Shown here: one piece after another, positions 17,071-25,580 of the stretch
Position numbering within the stretch: position 1 is the stretch's first letter
Layout: each line of letters starts with the position of its first letter
Origin: a virus
Lineage: Duplodnaviria > Caudoviricetes
Reading direction: 5' to 3' (one strand)
IMG/VR virus record: IMGVR_UViG_3300005805_000349
Coordinates: 1 to 28,501 of that record
Length of the DNA stretch: 28,501 nucleotides
Notes under the pieces: generated by a model
Database searches by the model: none
What the model saw: only the letters and a program-made list of their open reading frames with translations
What the model was told of the DNA's origin: nothing
Made by a program: the position numbers and the translations under genes

Positions 17071-18164
17071 TGGCCACAATAAACTATTGGGGGCTTACAG
17101 GCATTAAAGATTCAGTCACTGTGGCTTTGACTATAACCATAGATCAACTGATCACAGCTATTGCCACCGATGAAGGTTTGCCTACAGATTATTATAGGAT
17201 CAGCCTATTGAAAAATCCTGCTGTGAATGATGTAGTCTACGGTGATAGTTCAACTACGCTCACAGCTATGGGAATAGTAGATGGTGACACAATATTGTGT
17301 ACTACAAGACAAGTAGATAGCAAACAGGCGAGACAGATACAGAAACTTGAAATCGCAGAAGTCAAAAGAAAAGCTGGTGGAGACATTAGCAAGATTTATT
17401 ACAGAACATTAAACTCCTACGATACAAATCTTTTACCTAATCCCTATAACGGTAATGTGCCAGAACCAGATGATGGTGCCAGTACACTAACTGACGGTCG
17501 TCCTTGGACTCTGTCTTCGTTAGTAACATCTAACCTAGTATTAAACTTAGATCCAGACGATGCCAGCAGTTACAGTGGATCAGGTACAACCTGGACTGAC
17601 ATCGCTGGCACTGCACAGAATATTACTCTAGTCGGCAGTCCAACTTATACTTCAGGTACACCAAGTTATTTTACTTTCAACGGAACCAGCCAATACGGAT
17701 CAGGTGCCAGCACTGGTGTGATATCGTCTACAGCCTATACTAAATCAGTGTGGTTCTATCTCAACGGCTATCAAGACAACAATATATTCAGCGGTGACGG
17801 ACACTTTATCTATATGGGTCCACAGGCCAGCATAGACAAGAAAATATATTGTGGACACAGTGATTGGGGCAGCTTCACAGCGTTCCCATCAACAGCGACC
17901 ATCAATCTCAGCACATGGTATAATGTCACATTGACATTTAGCACTACCAATGGTATGAGTTTATACATCAATGGAGCATTGGACAGTACCTACACAGCAC
18001 AAAAAACCGCTCATCCTGGGACAGGTACAGCCAGTATCGCTGCCTATGTTACAGGTAACCTTTTAAACGGTCGTGTTGGTAAAGTGCTGGCCTACAATGC
18101 AGAACTATCAGCTGCACAGGTGTCACAAAACTTTAACGCTACCAAAGCGACATACGGATTATAA
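17070..18164 (+). CDS. N-terminal ubiquitin-like domain plus C-terminal LamG/concanavalin A-like domain
   Basis: aa 2-76 align by eye to ubiquitin; C-terminal L.L.LD.....SY.G.GT.W.D, F.FNG, T.SVWF, WYNV..T...LYING, YN..LS..QV.QNF. Confidence 0.8.
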   Translation: MATINYWGLTGIKDSVTVALTITIDQLITAIATDEGLPTDYYRISLLKNPAVNDVVYGDSSTTLTAMGIVDGDTILCTTRQVDSKQARQIQKLEIAEVKRKAGGDISKIYYRTLNSYDTNLLPNPYNGNVPEPDDGASTLTDGRPWTLSSLVTSNLVLNLDPDDASSYSGSGTTWTDIAGTAQNITLVGSPTYTSGTPSYFTFNGTSQYGSGASTGVISSTAYTKSVWFYLNGYQDNNIFSGDGHFIYMGPQASIDKKIYCGHSDWGSFTAFPSTATINLSTWYNVTLTFSTTNGMSLYINGALDSTYTAQKTAHPGTGTASIAAYVTGNLLNGRVGKVLAYNAELSAAQVSQNFNATKATYGL

Positions 18165-18167
18165 AAT

Positions 18168-18884
18168 ATGGCCAATCGCAAGCAACATCCGTTTAACCAA
18201 ATGGTTGCCGAAGGCAACATCACTGACCATACCTTTATACACAAGTTCGGTGCTGTTCCTGCGTTGAGTACGAACAACACAGGCAGTGTATGGGACGTCA
18301 ACGATACTGTGTACCCTTGGTCAGCATTTGATACGGCAGGAGTTGTTAATCTAGATAGAGTCAGTACCGATGATGCCAACAAGGTCGTCACAGTGATAGG
18401 ACTAGATGCTGACTACAATCAAACACAAGAATCTATTACTTTAACCAACGCCAGCAACAACACTGGTATCGTGGTGTTCAAGCGAGTGTTCAGAGCGTTC
18501 GTAGCAGACGGCACCACAAATGTAGGTGACATCAACATACAGCGAGAGTCTACCACAGTGGCTCGCATCACTGCTACTAAAGGACAGACACTGATGTCTG
18601 TGTACACTGTGCCTGCTGGATACACTGGCTATCTTTACAAAGGCACTGCTTCAGCACAAGTTGGTTCTGATGCCACAGGCAATATGTTTGTGAGATATTT
18701 TGGTGAAGAAAGTTTTAGAACACAGCATACCTTTGAAGTGGGCGGTACTGGTGGACAATACACCTATGACTTTTCATTTCCACCGCCCGTTCCAGAAAAG
18801 TCGGATATTGATGTGCGAGTGTCGGGCAGAACCAACAACGGTAGATACACCGCAGCCTTTGATTTATTATTGGTAGAGAATTGA
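18168..18884 (+). CDS. hypothetical beta-rich protein, possibly virion structural
   Basis: 238-aa ORF; HKFG, V.V.GLD.DY, YTVPAGYT, P.PEKSDI. Confidence 0.8.
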   Translation: MANRKQHPFNQMVAEGNITDHTFIHKFGAVPALSTNNTGSVWDVNDTVYPWSAFDTAGVVNLDRVSTDDANKVVTVIGLDADYNQTQESITLTNASNNTGIVVFKRVFRAFVADGTTNVGDINIQRESTTVARITATKGQTLMSVYTVPAGYTGYLYKGTASAQVGSDATGNMFVRYFGEESFRTQHTFEVGGTGGQYTYDFSFPPPVPEKSDIDVRVSGRTNNGRYTAAFDLLLVEN

Positions 18885-18922
18885 AATGTACAGAAAATAT
18901 ATCAACATAGTAGAGGCGAACA

Positions 18923-19081
18923 ATGGAAGATAATAACACAACATATCAAAGATTAAAACCTAAATGTTCGTGCTGGTGTACCGCACACTGCGGATTCAGC
19001 TGTATGACGGATGGATGTGCTTGCACAGATTGTGAGTGCGCAGATTGCCTAGACAAAAATTTACAGCGAGGATATAATTAA
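18923..19081 (+). CDS. 52-aa metallothionein-like Cys-rich protein (not in ORF track)
   Basis: SD GAGG; CSCWCTAHCGFSCMTDGCACTDCECADC; TAATG coupling to the next gene. Confidence 0.75.
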   Translation: MEDNNTTYQRLKPKCSCWCTAHCGFSCMTDGCACTDCECADCLDKNLQRGYN

Positions 19082-19716
19082 TGAGTTTCTTAGTTGCCAA
19101 TCTTCCTCCTATACACTGCTTCGTAAGGCGAGAATTTCTCTACGATTTCAAATCAGGACATGGAGAATATGAACCCTGCATCTGGGTCACCATCAAAAGT
19201 CTACGCAGTCAGGCATTTAGAATAGAAAGCTATTTGCCACGCTATGGCGCACTCTATGACAAACTGCCCCTACATGCCTATGTGAGCAGAGATACCGATC
19301 TAGAACCCGAAAAGTTCTTATCCTTAGATACCTTGCAGATCTGGGACTGCTTTAGCTATGACATTGCTGTCATTCAAAAAGCATTCCTACGCAATCTCAG
19401 TTGTGAGTTCTATGCTAAAGATCGTCAGCTACACAAAGGCGACTACTTGTTTACTGTAGACAACGCCGCACCTGACATGAATATCATAGACACTACCTAC
19501 TCAGAGTGGCCTGAGGATCACAAGAGCTTTAACTTCATACAGTTAGACAACGGACAATATGCGGCACAACCTAATAATCGTTGCAGATTCTTTGATGCTG
19601 CATCGAATCCCAAAGACATGCTGCATCCTGACTTTAAGGTAGCTACTAAAAAGTGGGTGGTAGAAACTAATCCCAAATGGCGCCTAGGAGATTCAGATAC
19701 CGTGATGTATGAATAA
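19081..19716 (+). CDS. hypothetical phage protein
   Basis: 211-aa ORF with SD GAGGA; LQIWDCF, EDHK, NGQYAAQPNNR. Confidence 0.85.
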   Translation: MSFLVANLPPIHCFVRREFLYDFKSGHGEYEPCIWVTIKSLRSQAFRIESYLPRYGALYDKLPLHAYVSRDTDLEPEKFLSLDTLQIWDCFSYDIAVIQKAFLRNLSCEFYAKDRQLHKGDYLFTVDNAAPDMNIIDTTYSEWPEDHKSFNFIQLDNGQYAAQPNNRCRFFDAASNPKDMLHPDFKVATKKWVVETNPKWRLGDSDTVMYE

Positions 19717-19737
19717 ATACACATATTAGGAAATGCA

Positions 19738-20175
19738 ATGAGAAAACTACTGCTATTATTACTTGCTGTGCCCATGTTGGTATTCGCACAAAAGATGCCC
19801 AAGAATTCTGCCACCTACGACGCACAGGTGCTGAGAGTTTCAGACGGTGACACTATTGTGATCGCCGCACCGTTTCTACCCGCGCCACTCAAACCCGAGC
19901 TTGCGGTTAGAATCTACGGTGTTGACACCCCAGAAAAAGGACACCGCGCACAGTGTCCACAAGAAGATCAACGAGCACAAGTAGCTAGCCAATACACCAA
20001 ACAGTTGATCGCACAGGGCGGGAAGATACAGGTTACTCTTTATGCCTGGGACAAATTTGGCGGTCGTGTGCTAGGTGATATCATAGTCAACGGACAGAGC
20101 GTTCGTGCTGGTTTGATCGCTAATGGTCTAGCTCGTGAATACTACGGCGATGCCAAACAATCATGGTGTAATTAA
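19738..20175 (+). CDS. thermonuclease (SNase-like) with signal peptide
   Basis: DGDT, RIYGVDTPE, DKFGGRVL, GLA motifs; N-terminal signal peptide. Confidence 0.92.
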   Translation: MRKLLLLLLAVPMLVFAQKMPKNSATYDAQVLRVSDGDTIVIAAPFLPAPLKPELAVRIYGVDTPEKGHRAQCPQEDQRAQVASQYTKQLIAQGGKIQVTLYAWDKFGGRVLGDIIVNGQSVRAGLIANGLAREYYGDAKQSWCN

Positions 20176-20176
20176 A

Positions 20177-21052
20177 ATGCAGATAGCTAGTTATAAAATA
20201 TTTGCGCAACTCTTAGAAGGCTATGTCAACGAAGACAGCACTTCTATGAACCTCATCGCAGGATCGCCAGGTGGCAAAGAAGTGGTACTGGCTCTGCACA
20301 AAGACATGCAGTTGGCACACGATCTAGGCTACTCGCAGATAGACAAGATATCCTGGAGTGATATCAAAGACCGAGCTTCTTGGGTCATCATCAAAGGTGC
20401 CAATGGCATTGGTGCAATCAAATCAGGTGGTTCAGGTTATGACGCAGTGGCCAGTTCAGGCGGAGAAGTCAAAAAAGCCTCCGACGGTCGAGGTGGCAAT
20501 ATTCTAGATTTCCTCAAAGGCGAGATAGGAAAACTGCAGAAATTCTATGTGGCTAGGAACTCCAACACAGTCCGAGACAAGCGTAGAAAACGCAGTGAAC
20601 TCAACAAAGATAAAGGCTCACCAGAAGTCACACAACAAACACTGGTGAAAAAATTCAAGCCTCTGTGGTCTCGTGCTATCACAGCCAGCATAGCAGACAT
20701 TAAAGGTCACATAGCTAACCAGATCAAGAACGATGCCTTTGAAAAGGCCAAGAAGAAACTAAATCACATTGAGATGTTGCAGAACGGTCTTGAAACTCTA
20801 GAATCCGAGGCATATGCCAATGACGTTCCTGGATTTCTTAACAGTGCCATCAACTCAGCGGTGCTGATGGCAGCCAGCCATTACTATCCAGACAAGACTG
20901 GTAACCTTGAACGCAGTCGATATGGCAATGCTGGAGTAGCTGCACAGTTCCCAGAAGGACCCAGACAGTTGTTGCAAGACATCTCAAATGGAGACACAGC
21001 TAAACTAGGCACAGTGCTGAGCTTCTTCAAACGGAGCTTGATATCAGGATGA
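20177..21052 (+). CDS. hypothetical protein
   Basis: long ORF; ATG 20177 directly follows the nuclease stop. Confidence 0.8.
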   Translation: MQIASYKIFAQLLEGYVNEDSTSMNLIAGSPGGKEVVLALHKDMQLAHDLGYSQIDKISWSDIKDRASWVIIKGANGIGAIKSGGSGYDAVASSGGEVKKASDGRGGNILDFLKGEIGKLQKFYVARNSNTVRDKRRKRSELNKDKGSPEVTQQTLVKKFKPLWSRAITASIADIKGHIANQIKNDAFEKAKKKLNHIEMLQNGLETLESEAYANDVPGFLNSAINSAVLMAASHYYPDKTGNLERSRYGNAGVAAQFPEGPRQLLQDISNGDTAKLGTVLSFFKRSLISG

Positions 21053-22161
21053 AACTCAAACAAATAATTCACGAAGCCAACATAGCGGCCAAGCTCAAAG
21101 ATCCTAAAACCATCAAGATGCTGGGTGTAGCCATGCGTCACGATGGCACACTACCTAAGGCAAAGGTTGCAGCACTGGGCCCAAAACCCGACGAGGAAAA
21201 GATCTTACAGCTATGGAGCGAACTTTTAGATGCTTCGTTGGCCAGCACAGACTACGGCGACATATCACAAGATGGCAAGTTTGATGAATGGCTCACACGC
21301 ATGTACATCAACGGTGTGGCTGACTATGAAGACATCAACGGTGAAGGAGGGGATGCACTGGGTGCTTGGAAGGCTCTGAGCATACGTGGCAAACTGCAAG
21401 AACCACATCAAGACTTCAACAAGTTCAAGAACCTACGCCAGATACAGGCCATCATACAGAATCGTGTGTATCGCGACGAGTTGAACAGAATCAAAGACGC
21501 AGAAGTTATCGAAAAACACAAACGTGAAAAGAAAGAAACCACGCTGATAGACGATGATCGTTTCCTAGTCACTGTGCCCTATAACTATGGTGCCTGTTAT
21601 AATTTCAACAACGCACACGGATTCAATGCAAGTTTCTGCACAGGATCAAGTTCGGGTGCTTCGTGGTTCAACCGATATGCCGATGATGGTCCTATCATTT
21701 CTGTGTTCGACAAACAGAATCCAGATGATGTCATGGGCAAATGGCAGATACATGCGCCAACCAATCAGATCAACAACGGTAATCAAACTAATCGCCGAGA
21801 TGAAAAGTTTGCTGAACTGTTTCCGGGCTTGATGAAACGTATCGCTGATGCCATACAGAGCAAGGGTGAAGAGTTGAAAACCAATTCTACAGAGATTGTC
21901 AGCGGCGGATACGATCCTGCCAAAGCAGTCGCAGACCTCAAGAACAAATTTCCTTTGAGCTACAACAGTGGTGAGGAAGAAGAGACTGAACCAGACGCTG
22001 ATCCAGACACCACTCCAGGCACATGGGCAGTCACTCAGATAGCATCAGGTAAGACAGCTCGTATTGCCGGCGAAAGCAAACAAGATGTACTTGACAAAGT
22101 ATTACAGCGATATCCAGACTCCACAGAAGCTGATTATCGTTTAGAAAAACAGCCAGAATAG
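21049..22161 (+). CDS. hypothetical protein (possible virion-associated)
   Basis: 370-aa ORF; ATGA coupling; MKLKQIIHEA N-terminus. Confidence 0.85.
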   Translation: MKLKQIIHEANIAAKLKDPKTIKMLGVAMRHDGTLPKAKVAALGPKPDEEKILQLWSELLDASLASTDYGDISQDGKFDEWLTRMYINGVADYEDINGEGGDALGAWKALSIRGKLQEPHQDFNKFKNLRQIQAIIQNRVYRDELNRIKDAEVIEKHKREKKETTLIDDDRFLVTVPYNYGACYNFNNAHGFNASFCTGSSSGASWFNRYADDGPIISVFDKQNPDDVMGKWQIHAPTNQINNGNQTNRRDEKFAELFPGLMKRIADAIQSKGEELKTNSTEIVSGGYDPAKAVADLKNKFPLSYNSGEEEETEPDADPDTTPGTWAVTQIASGKTARIAGESKQDVLDKVLQRYPDSTEADYRLEKQPE

Positions 22162-22162
22162 A

Positions 22163-22265
22163 ACACCCTACCTTAGGAACGTTAGCGTTACTTCAGGGTT
22201 GCCCGGCTGCTGGGCAGAGCGTTATGGGAGTCGTGCCCCGGAATGGCGCACTAAAGTGAGCACTT
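22163..22265 (+). ncRNA. candidate structured RNA of unknown family
   Basis: GC-rich intergenic stretch with several nested stems and possible pseudoknots. Confidence 0.5.
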
Positions 22266-22277
22266 ATATTTTCTAAG

Positions 22278-22907
22278 ATGAAAATTGCTTTATTCATACA
22301 TCAGCCAGTGTGTGCAGTAGATTCTGCCAATGGCATCATCAAAGCACTTTCTCCTCACCACAGTTTCAAATTGTTTTCACAAGACGAAGTCGAGCCTTCA
22401 TTTTTCGATGATGTCGACTGTGTGTGTTTTCCCGGTGGGTTTGGCGATGCCGATAGATTCGATAGGCTGTTGAGATGGAATCATGACGCAGTAAAAACAT
22501 TTCTCGACAATGGTGGAAAGTATCTAGGTATCTGCATGGGAGCATATTGGGCCAGCGAACACTACTTAGACCTCCTACCAAATATCAGTGTAGAACAATA
22601 TATTCGAAGACCCGATACCTGCACCCGCAGGCCACATCCCAAGGCCATGCCCGTGCAATGGATGGGCAACAATGAAAGGATGTACTTCTATGACGGCTGT
22701 GCATTTATTGGTGATAATATGGACGTTGTGGCTACCTATAGAAACAGTGATCCTATGGCGATTATATACAACAACATCGGAGTGATAGGCTGTCATCTAG
22801 AAAGCGAACAGTGGTGGTACGATAAAAAATATCTCGAACCTCATTGGCACAACCATCAGCATCATAAATTATTACTTGACTTTGTGAACAGATTGTTGTA
22901 TAAATAG
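22278..22907 (+). CDS. class I glutamine amidotransferase-like (BPL-N type) protein
   Basis: FPGG, YLGICMGAY nucleophile elbow, CHLE. Confidence 0.85.
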   Translation: MKIALFIHQPVCAVDSANGIIKALSPHHSFKLFSQDEVEPSFFDDVDCVCFPGGFGDADRFDRLLRWNHDAVKTFLDNGGKYLGICMGAYWASEHYLDLLPNISVEQYIRRPDTCTRRPHPKAMPVQWMGNNERMYFYDGCAFIGDNMDVVATYRNSDPMAIIYNNIGVIGCHLESEQWWYDKKYLEPHWHNHQHHKLLLDFVNRLLYK

Positions 22908-22925
22908 CATAAGGAGGACACAACC

Positions 22926-23084
22926 ATGAAACAGAAAAAGTTATTAACTAAACTGTACAGGGCTTGCGTCGACCATGATACAGAAACGGTTTCCGAACTG
23001 CGTAAAAAAGAGTTCGCTAAGATACTGAAACACAAGGCCGAAGGTAAACCATTTACAGCCAAGTGGATACTAGTAAGGATTTAG
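22926..23084 (+). CDS. 52-aa basic hypothetical protein (not in ORF track)
   Basis: TATAAATA at 22899-22906 and SD AAGGAGG; MKQKKLLTKLYRAC... Confidence 0.7.
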   Translation: MKQKKLLTKLYRACVDHDTETVSELRKKEFAKILKHKAEGKPFTAKWILVRI

Positions 23085-23135
23085 TTTGTAACACAACTGC
23101 AATCTTTCAAACACAATACTGCGATAAATATTGCT

Positions 23136-23981
23136 ATGCAAAAAACTTATCGCAGTATTTTTGTGAGTGATGTGCATCTAGGCACACGTGACTGCAAGGC
23201 AGAACAGCTCAATAATTTTCTCAAACACAACACCTGCGAAACTCTATATCTAGTAGGCGACATCATAGATGCCTGGAAGATACAACAGAATAAGTGGCGC
23301 TGGAAACAGAGTCACACCAACGTGGTGCGCAGAGTTTTAGGTCATGCCAAACGTGGCACTCGTGTCATATTCATAGCAGGTAACCATGATGAATTTTTAA
23401 GACCCATGATACCTTATGGATTTAGTTTTGGTCTAATAGAAATACACAATCAATTTGAACACATAGGCGCGGATGGCAAACACTACTTGGTCACTCATGG
23501 TGACTTGTTTGATGGCATTACTAGATTAGCCCCGTGGATTAGTTTTTTAGGAGACAGAGCATATGATATTGTTCTTGCAATCAATAGTAAATTTAATTGG
23601 ATTCGTCGCCGCATGGGTTTTGGGTACTTTAGCCTTAGCAAGTTTCTTAAGCACAAAGTTAAAAAAGCAGTAGACTTTATCTTTGAATTTGAAAAGAATC
23701 TAGCCGCATACTGTAAGAAGCGTGGCTACGATGGTGTGATTTGTGGTCACATACATCACGCAGAGATCAAAGACGTCGATGGTATTGTGTATATGAATGA
23801 CGGTGACTGGGTAGAGTCATGTACGGCCTTAGTAGAACACTGGGACGGCCAGTGGGAAATCATAACATGGACCAAGGAGAGCGACAGTGTGGATACTGAT
23901 AGTGATAGCGGTACACATACACAATCCGCAAGATCAACCGGGAAGAGTAGAAGTAAAGATGCCCAGTCAACAGGCGTGTGA
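23136..23981 (+). CDS. metallophosphoesterase of the LpxH2/PlcP (phospholipase C) type
   Basis: SDVHLG, GDIID, GNHD, HGD, CGHIH, NDGDWVES.TALVE; TAAATA-N5-ATG. Confidence 0.88.
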   Translation: MQKTYRSIFVSDVHLGTRDCKAEQLNNFLKHNTCETLYLVGDIIDAWKIQQNKWRWKQSHTNVVRRVLGHAKRGTRVIFIAGNHDEFLRPMIPYGFSFGLIEIHNQFEHIGADGKHYLVTHGDLFDGITRLAPWISFLGDRAYDIVLAINSKFNWIRRRMGFGYFSLSKFLKHKVKKAVDFIFEFEKNLAAYCKKRGYDGVICGHIHHAEIKDVDGIVYMNDGDWVESCTALVEHWDGQWEIITWTKESDSVDTDSDSGTHTQSARSTGKSRSKDAQSTGV

Positions 23982-24057
23982 GCAAGCCCTACAAGGTATC
24001 AAATATGAATTTAAATTTAAATCATTTAAGGTAGAAGCGAGATGCGAGAAACGATAA
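23887..24057 (+). CDS. 56-aa small protein overlapping both neighbours (not in ORF track)
   Basis: SD AAGGAG, GTG start, hydrophobic N-terminus MWILIVIAV, two Cys. Confidence 0.6.
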   Translation: MWILIVIAVHIHNPQDQPGRVEVKMPSQQACEQALQGIKYEFKFKSFKVEARCEKR

Positions 24058-24758
24058 GAGATAAAATTACCATCGTTGTGCCCTGTAAGAATGAACAAGA
24101 TTACATTCATAATTTGCTGGATGCTTTAAGAAAACAAGACATCGGCATGACTAGGATTATAATCGCTGACTGTTCTACAGACAATACAAGACAGGTTATT
24201 CAAAACAACAGCCGCAGATTAAATGTAGAAATCATCCAAGGCGGGCCCGTTAGTCTAGCAAAAAACAACGGAGCACGATTAGTTACAACTCCCTACATCT
24301 TGTTTATTGATGCAGATGTACGTTTTTTCAAACCTACTGTAATACACGATGCAGTAAAGGCGATGGAAGAACACGATTTAGATCTCATTGGGTTGAATGC
24401 AAAATGCTACGACCGTGACGTATTAGCCAGCATCGGCTTTACACTATTCAACGTTATCAATAATGTCCTAAAATACTTTTCGCCTTTTGCTGTGGGGGCG
24501 TTCATGCTCACCCGTAGAGATCGTTTTGAAGAGTACGGCGGCTTTCCAGAAAAGTTTGCGACATCAGAAGACTTCTTCTTGTCAAGAAAGTACAGTCCTA
24601 AAAAATTTAAGATATTAAATCACTATTTTGGACAGGACAGTCGTAGATTTAAAAAGATAGGCTACTTTGGTATGGCCGCATACCTAATTAAAAACTTTGT
24701 GAACCGAAACAACAACGAATATTGGGCTAAGATAGACAACAGTCGATACTGGAATTAG
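24042..24758 (+). CDS. glycosyltransferase family 2
   Basis: IVVPCKNE, IIAD.STD.T, N.GA, LFIDAD, GGF, SED. Confidence 0.9.
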   Translation: MRETIRDKITIVVPCKNEQDYIHNLLDALRKQDIGMTRIIIADCSTDNTRQVIQNNSRRLNVEIIQGGPVSLAKNNGARLVTTPYILFIDADVRFFKPTVIHDAVKAMEEHDLDLIGLNAKCYDRDVLASIGFTLFNVINNVLKYFSPFAVGAFMLTRRDRFEEYGGFPEKFATSEDFFLSRKYSPKKFKILNHYFGQDSRRFKKIGYFGMAAYLIKNFVNRNNNEYWAKIDNSRYWN

Positions 24759-24780
24759 AAAGCCCCTTCCGGGGTTTTTT
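24758..24780. terminator. intrinsic terminator
   Basis: AAAGCCCC-TTCC-GGGGTTTTTT between convergent genes. Confidence 0.8.
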
Positions 24781-25468
24781 ATTTCCTAAACAAAAATTTC
24801 TTGTGTAGATTTAATCTTGCTTTATTATATTGAACAGCGGTAACAACAAGAGCAGCGGCCCAAGGTACGATAGCAGCCGCCCAAGGTGCTAGCCCGGACC
24901 ACCATGCAGCCATTAATGGTTCTTTCATCAGCATCAGCATAGCAACAGCAAACAATACAAATGATCCTAGAAATACTGTGTCAGGCCAGCGTTCGAGTAT
25001 TTTACTGACCATAGTAGCACCAAATAATATAATAGGTACACTGATTAATAATCCGGCAATGACTAGCACGAAGTTTCCGTTGGCGGCAGCGGCAATACCT
25101 AAAGCATTGTCTATGCCCATAACAGCATCAGCAACCACAATAGTACCAATTGCTCCCCAGAAGGTATCCTTGGCGTCAATATTATGTTCGCCGTGATCAA
25201 ATACTAATTTCCAACCAATCCATATTAATGCAGCAGCACCGATGGCACGTAGGCCTGGAATCATTAATAGATATGTCAGTGCGGCAACAGACACAAAGCG
25301 TATAGCAATAGCACCAAAGGTACCCCAAAAGATTGCCCGCTTGCGTAAGTGGTTTGGTAGTTTGTTAGCAGCCATTCCAATAACAAGAGCGTTATCACCA
25401 GCTAATACGATGTCTATCAAAATGATAGCGAGAAATGCCCAAAGGGCTTGGAGTGTAAAGAGTTCCAT
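24779..25468 (-). CDS. TerC family membrane protein (YjbE type), putative Mn transporter/chaperone
   Basis: IDIVLAGDNALVI, G..GA...R, I.VADAVMG.DN.L.IA; multiple TM helices; riboswitch upstream. Confidence 0.92.
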   Translation of the reverse strand: MELFTLQALWAFLAIILIDIVLAGDNALVIGMAANKLPNHLRKRAIFWGTFGAIAIRFVSVAALTYLLMIPGLRAIGAAALIWIGWKLVFDHGEHNIDAKDTFWGAIGTIVVADAVMGIDNALGIAAAANGNFVLVIAGLLISVPIILFGATMVSKILERWPDTVFLGSFVLFAVAMLMLMKEPLMAAWWSGLAPWAAAIVPWAAALVVTAVQYNKARLNLHKKFLFRK

Positions 25469-25482
25469 GATCTTCCTTAAAA

Positions 25483-25577
25483 GTTATGGTCTCACCTCTT
25501 TGTCTATAGACCGGGTATTTGCATACCGTGTTGACGATCTATAGAACCAACTCCTGTTGGTTAGTTACTCCCCGAGA
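25483..25577 (-). promoter_or_regulatory. yybP-ykoY (Mn2+) riboswitch
   Basis: GGGGAGTAAC...CGTCAACAC...GGTGAGACC signature directly upstream of terC. Confidence 0.8.
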
Positions 25578-25580
25578 TAT

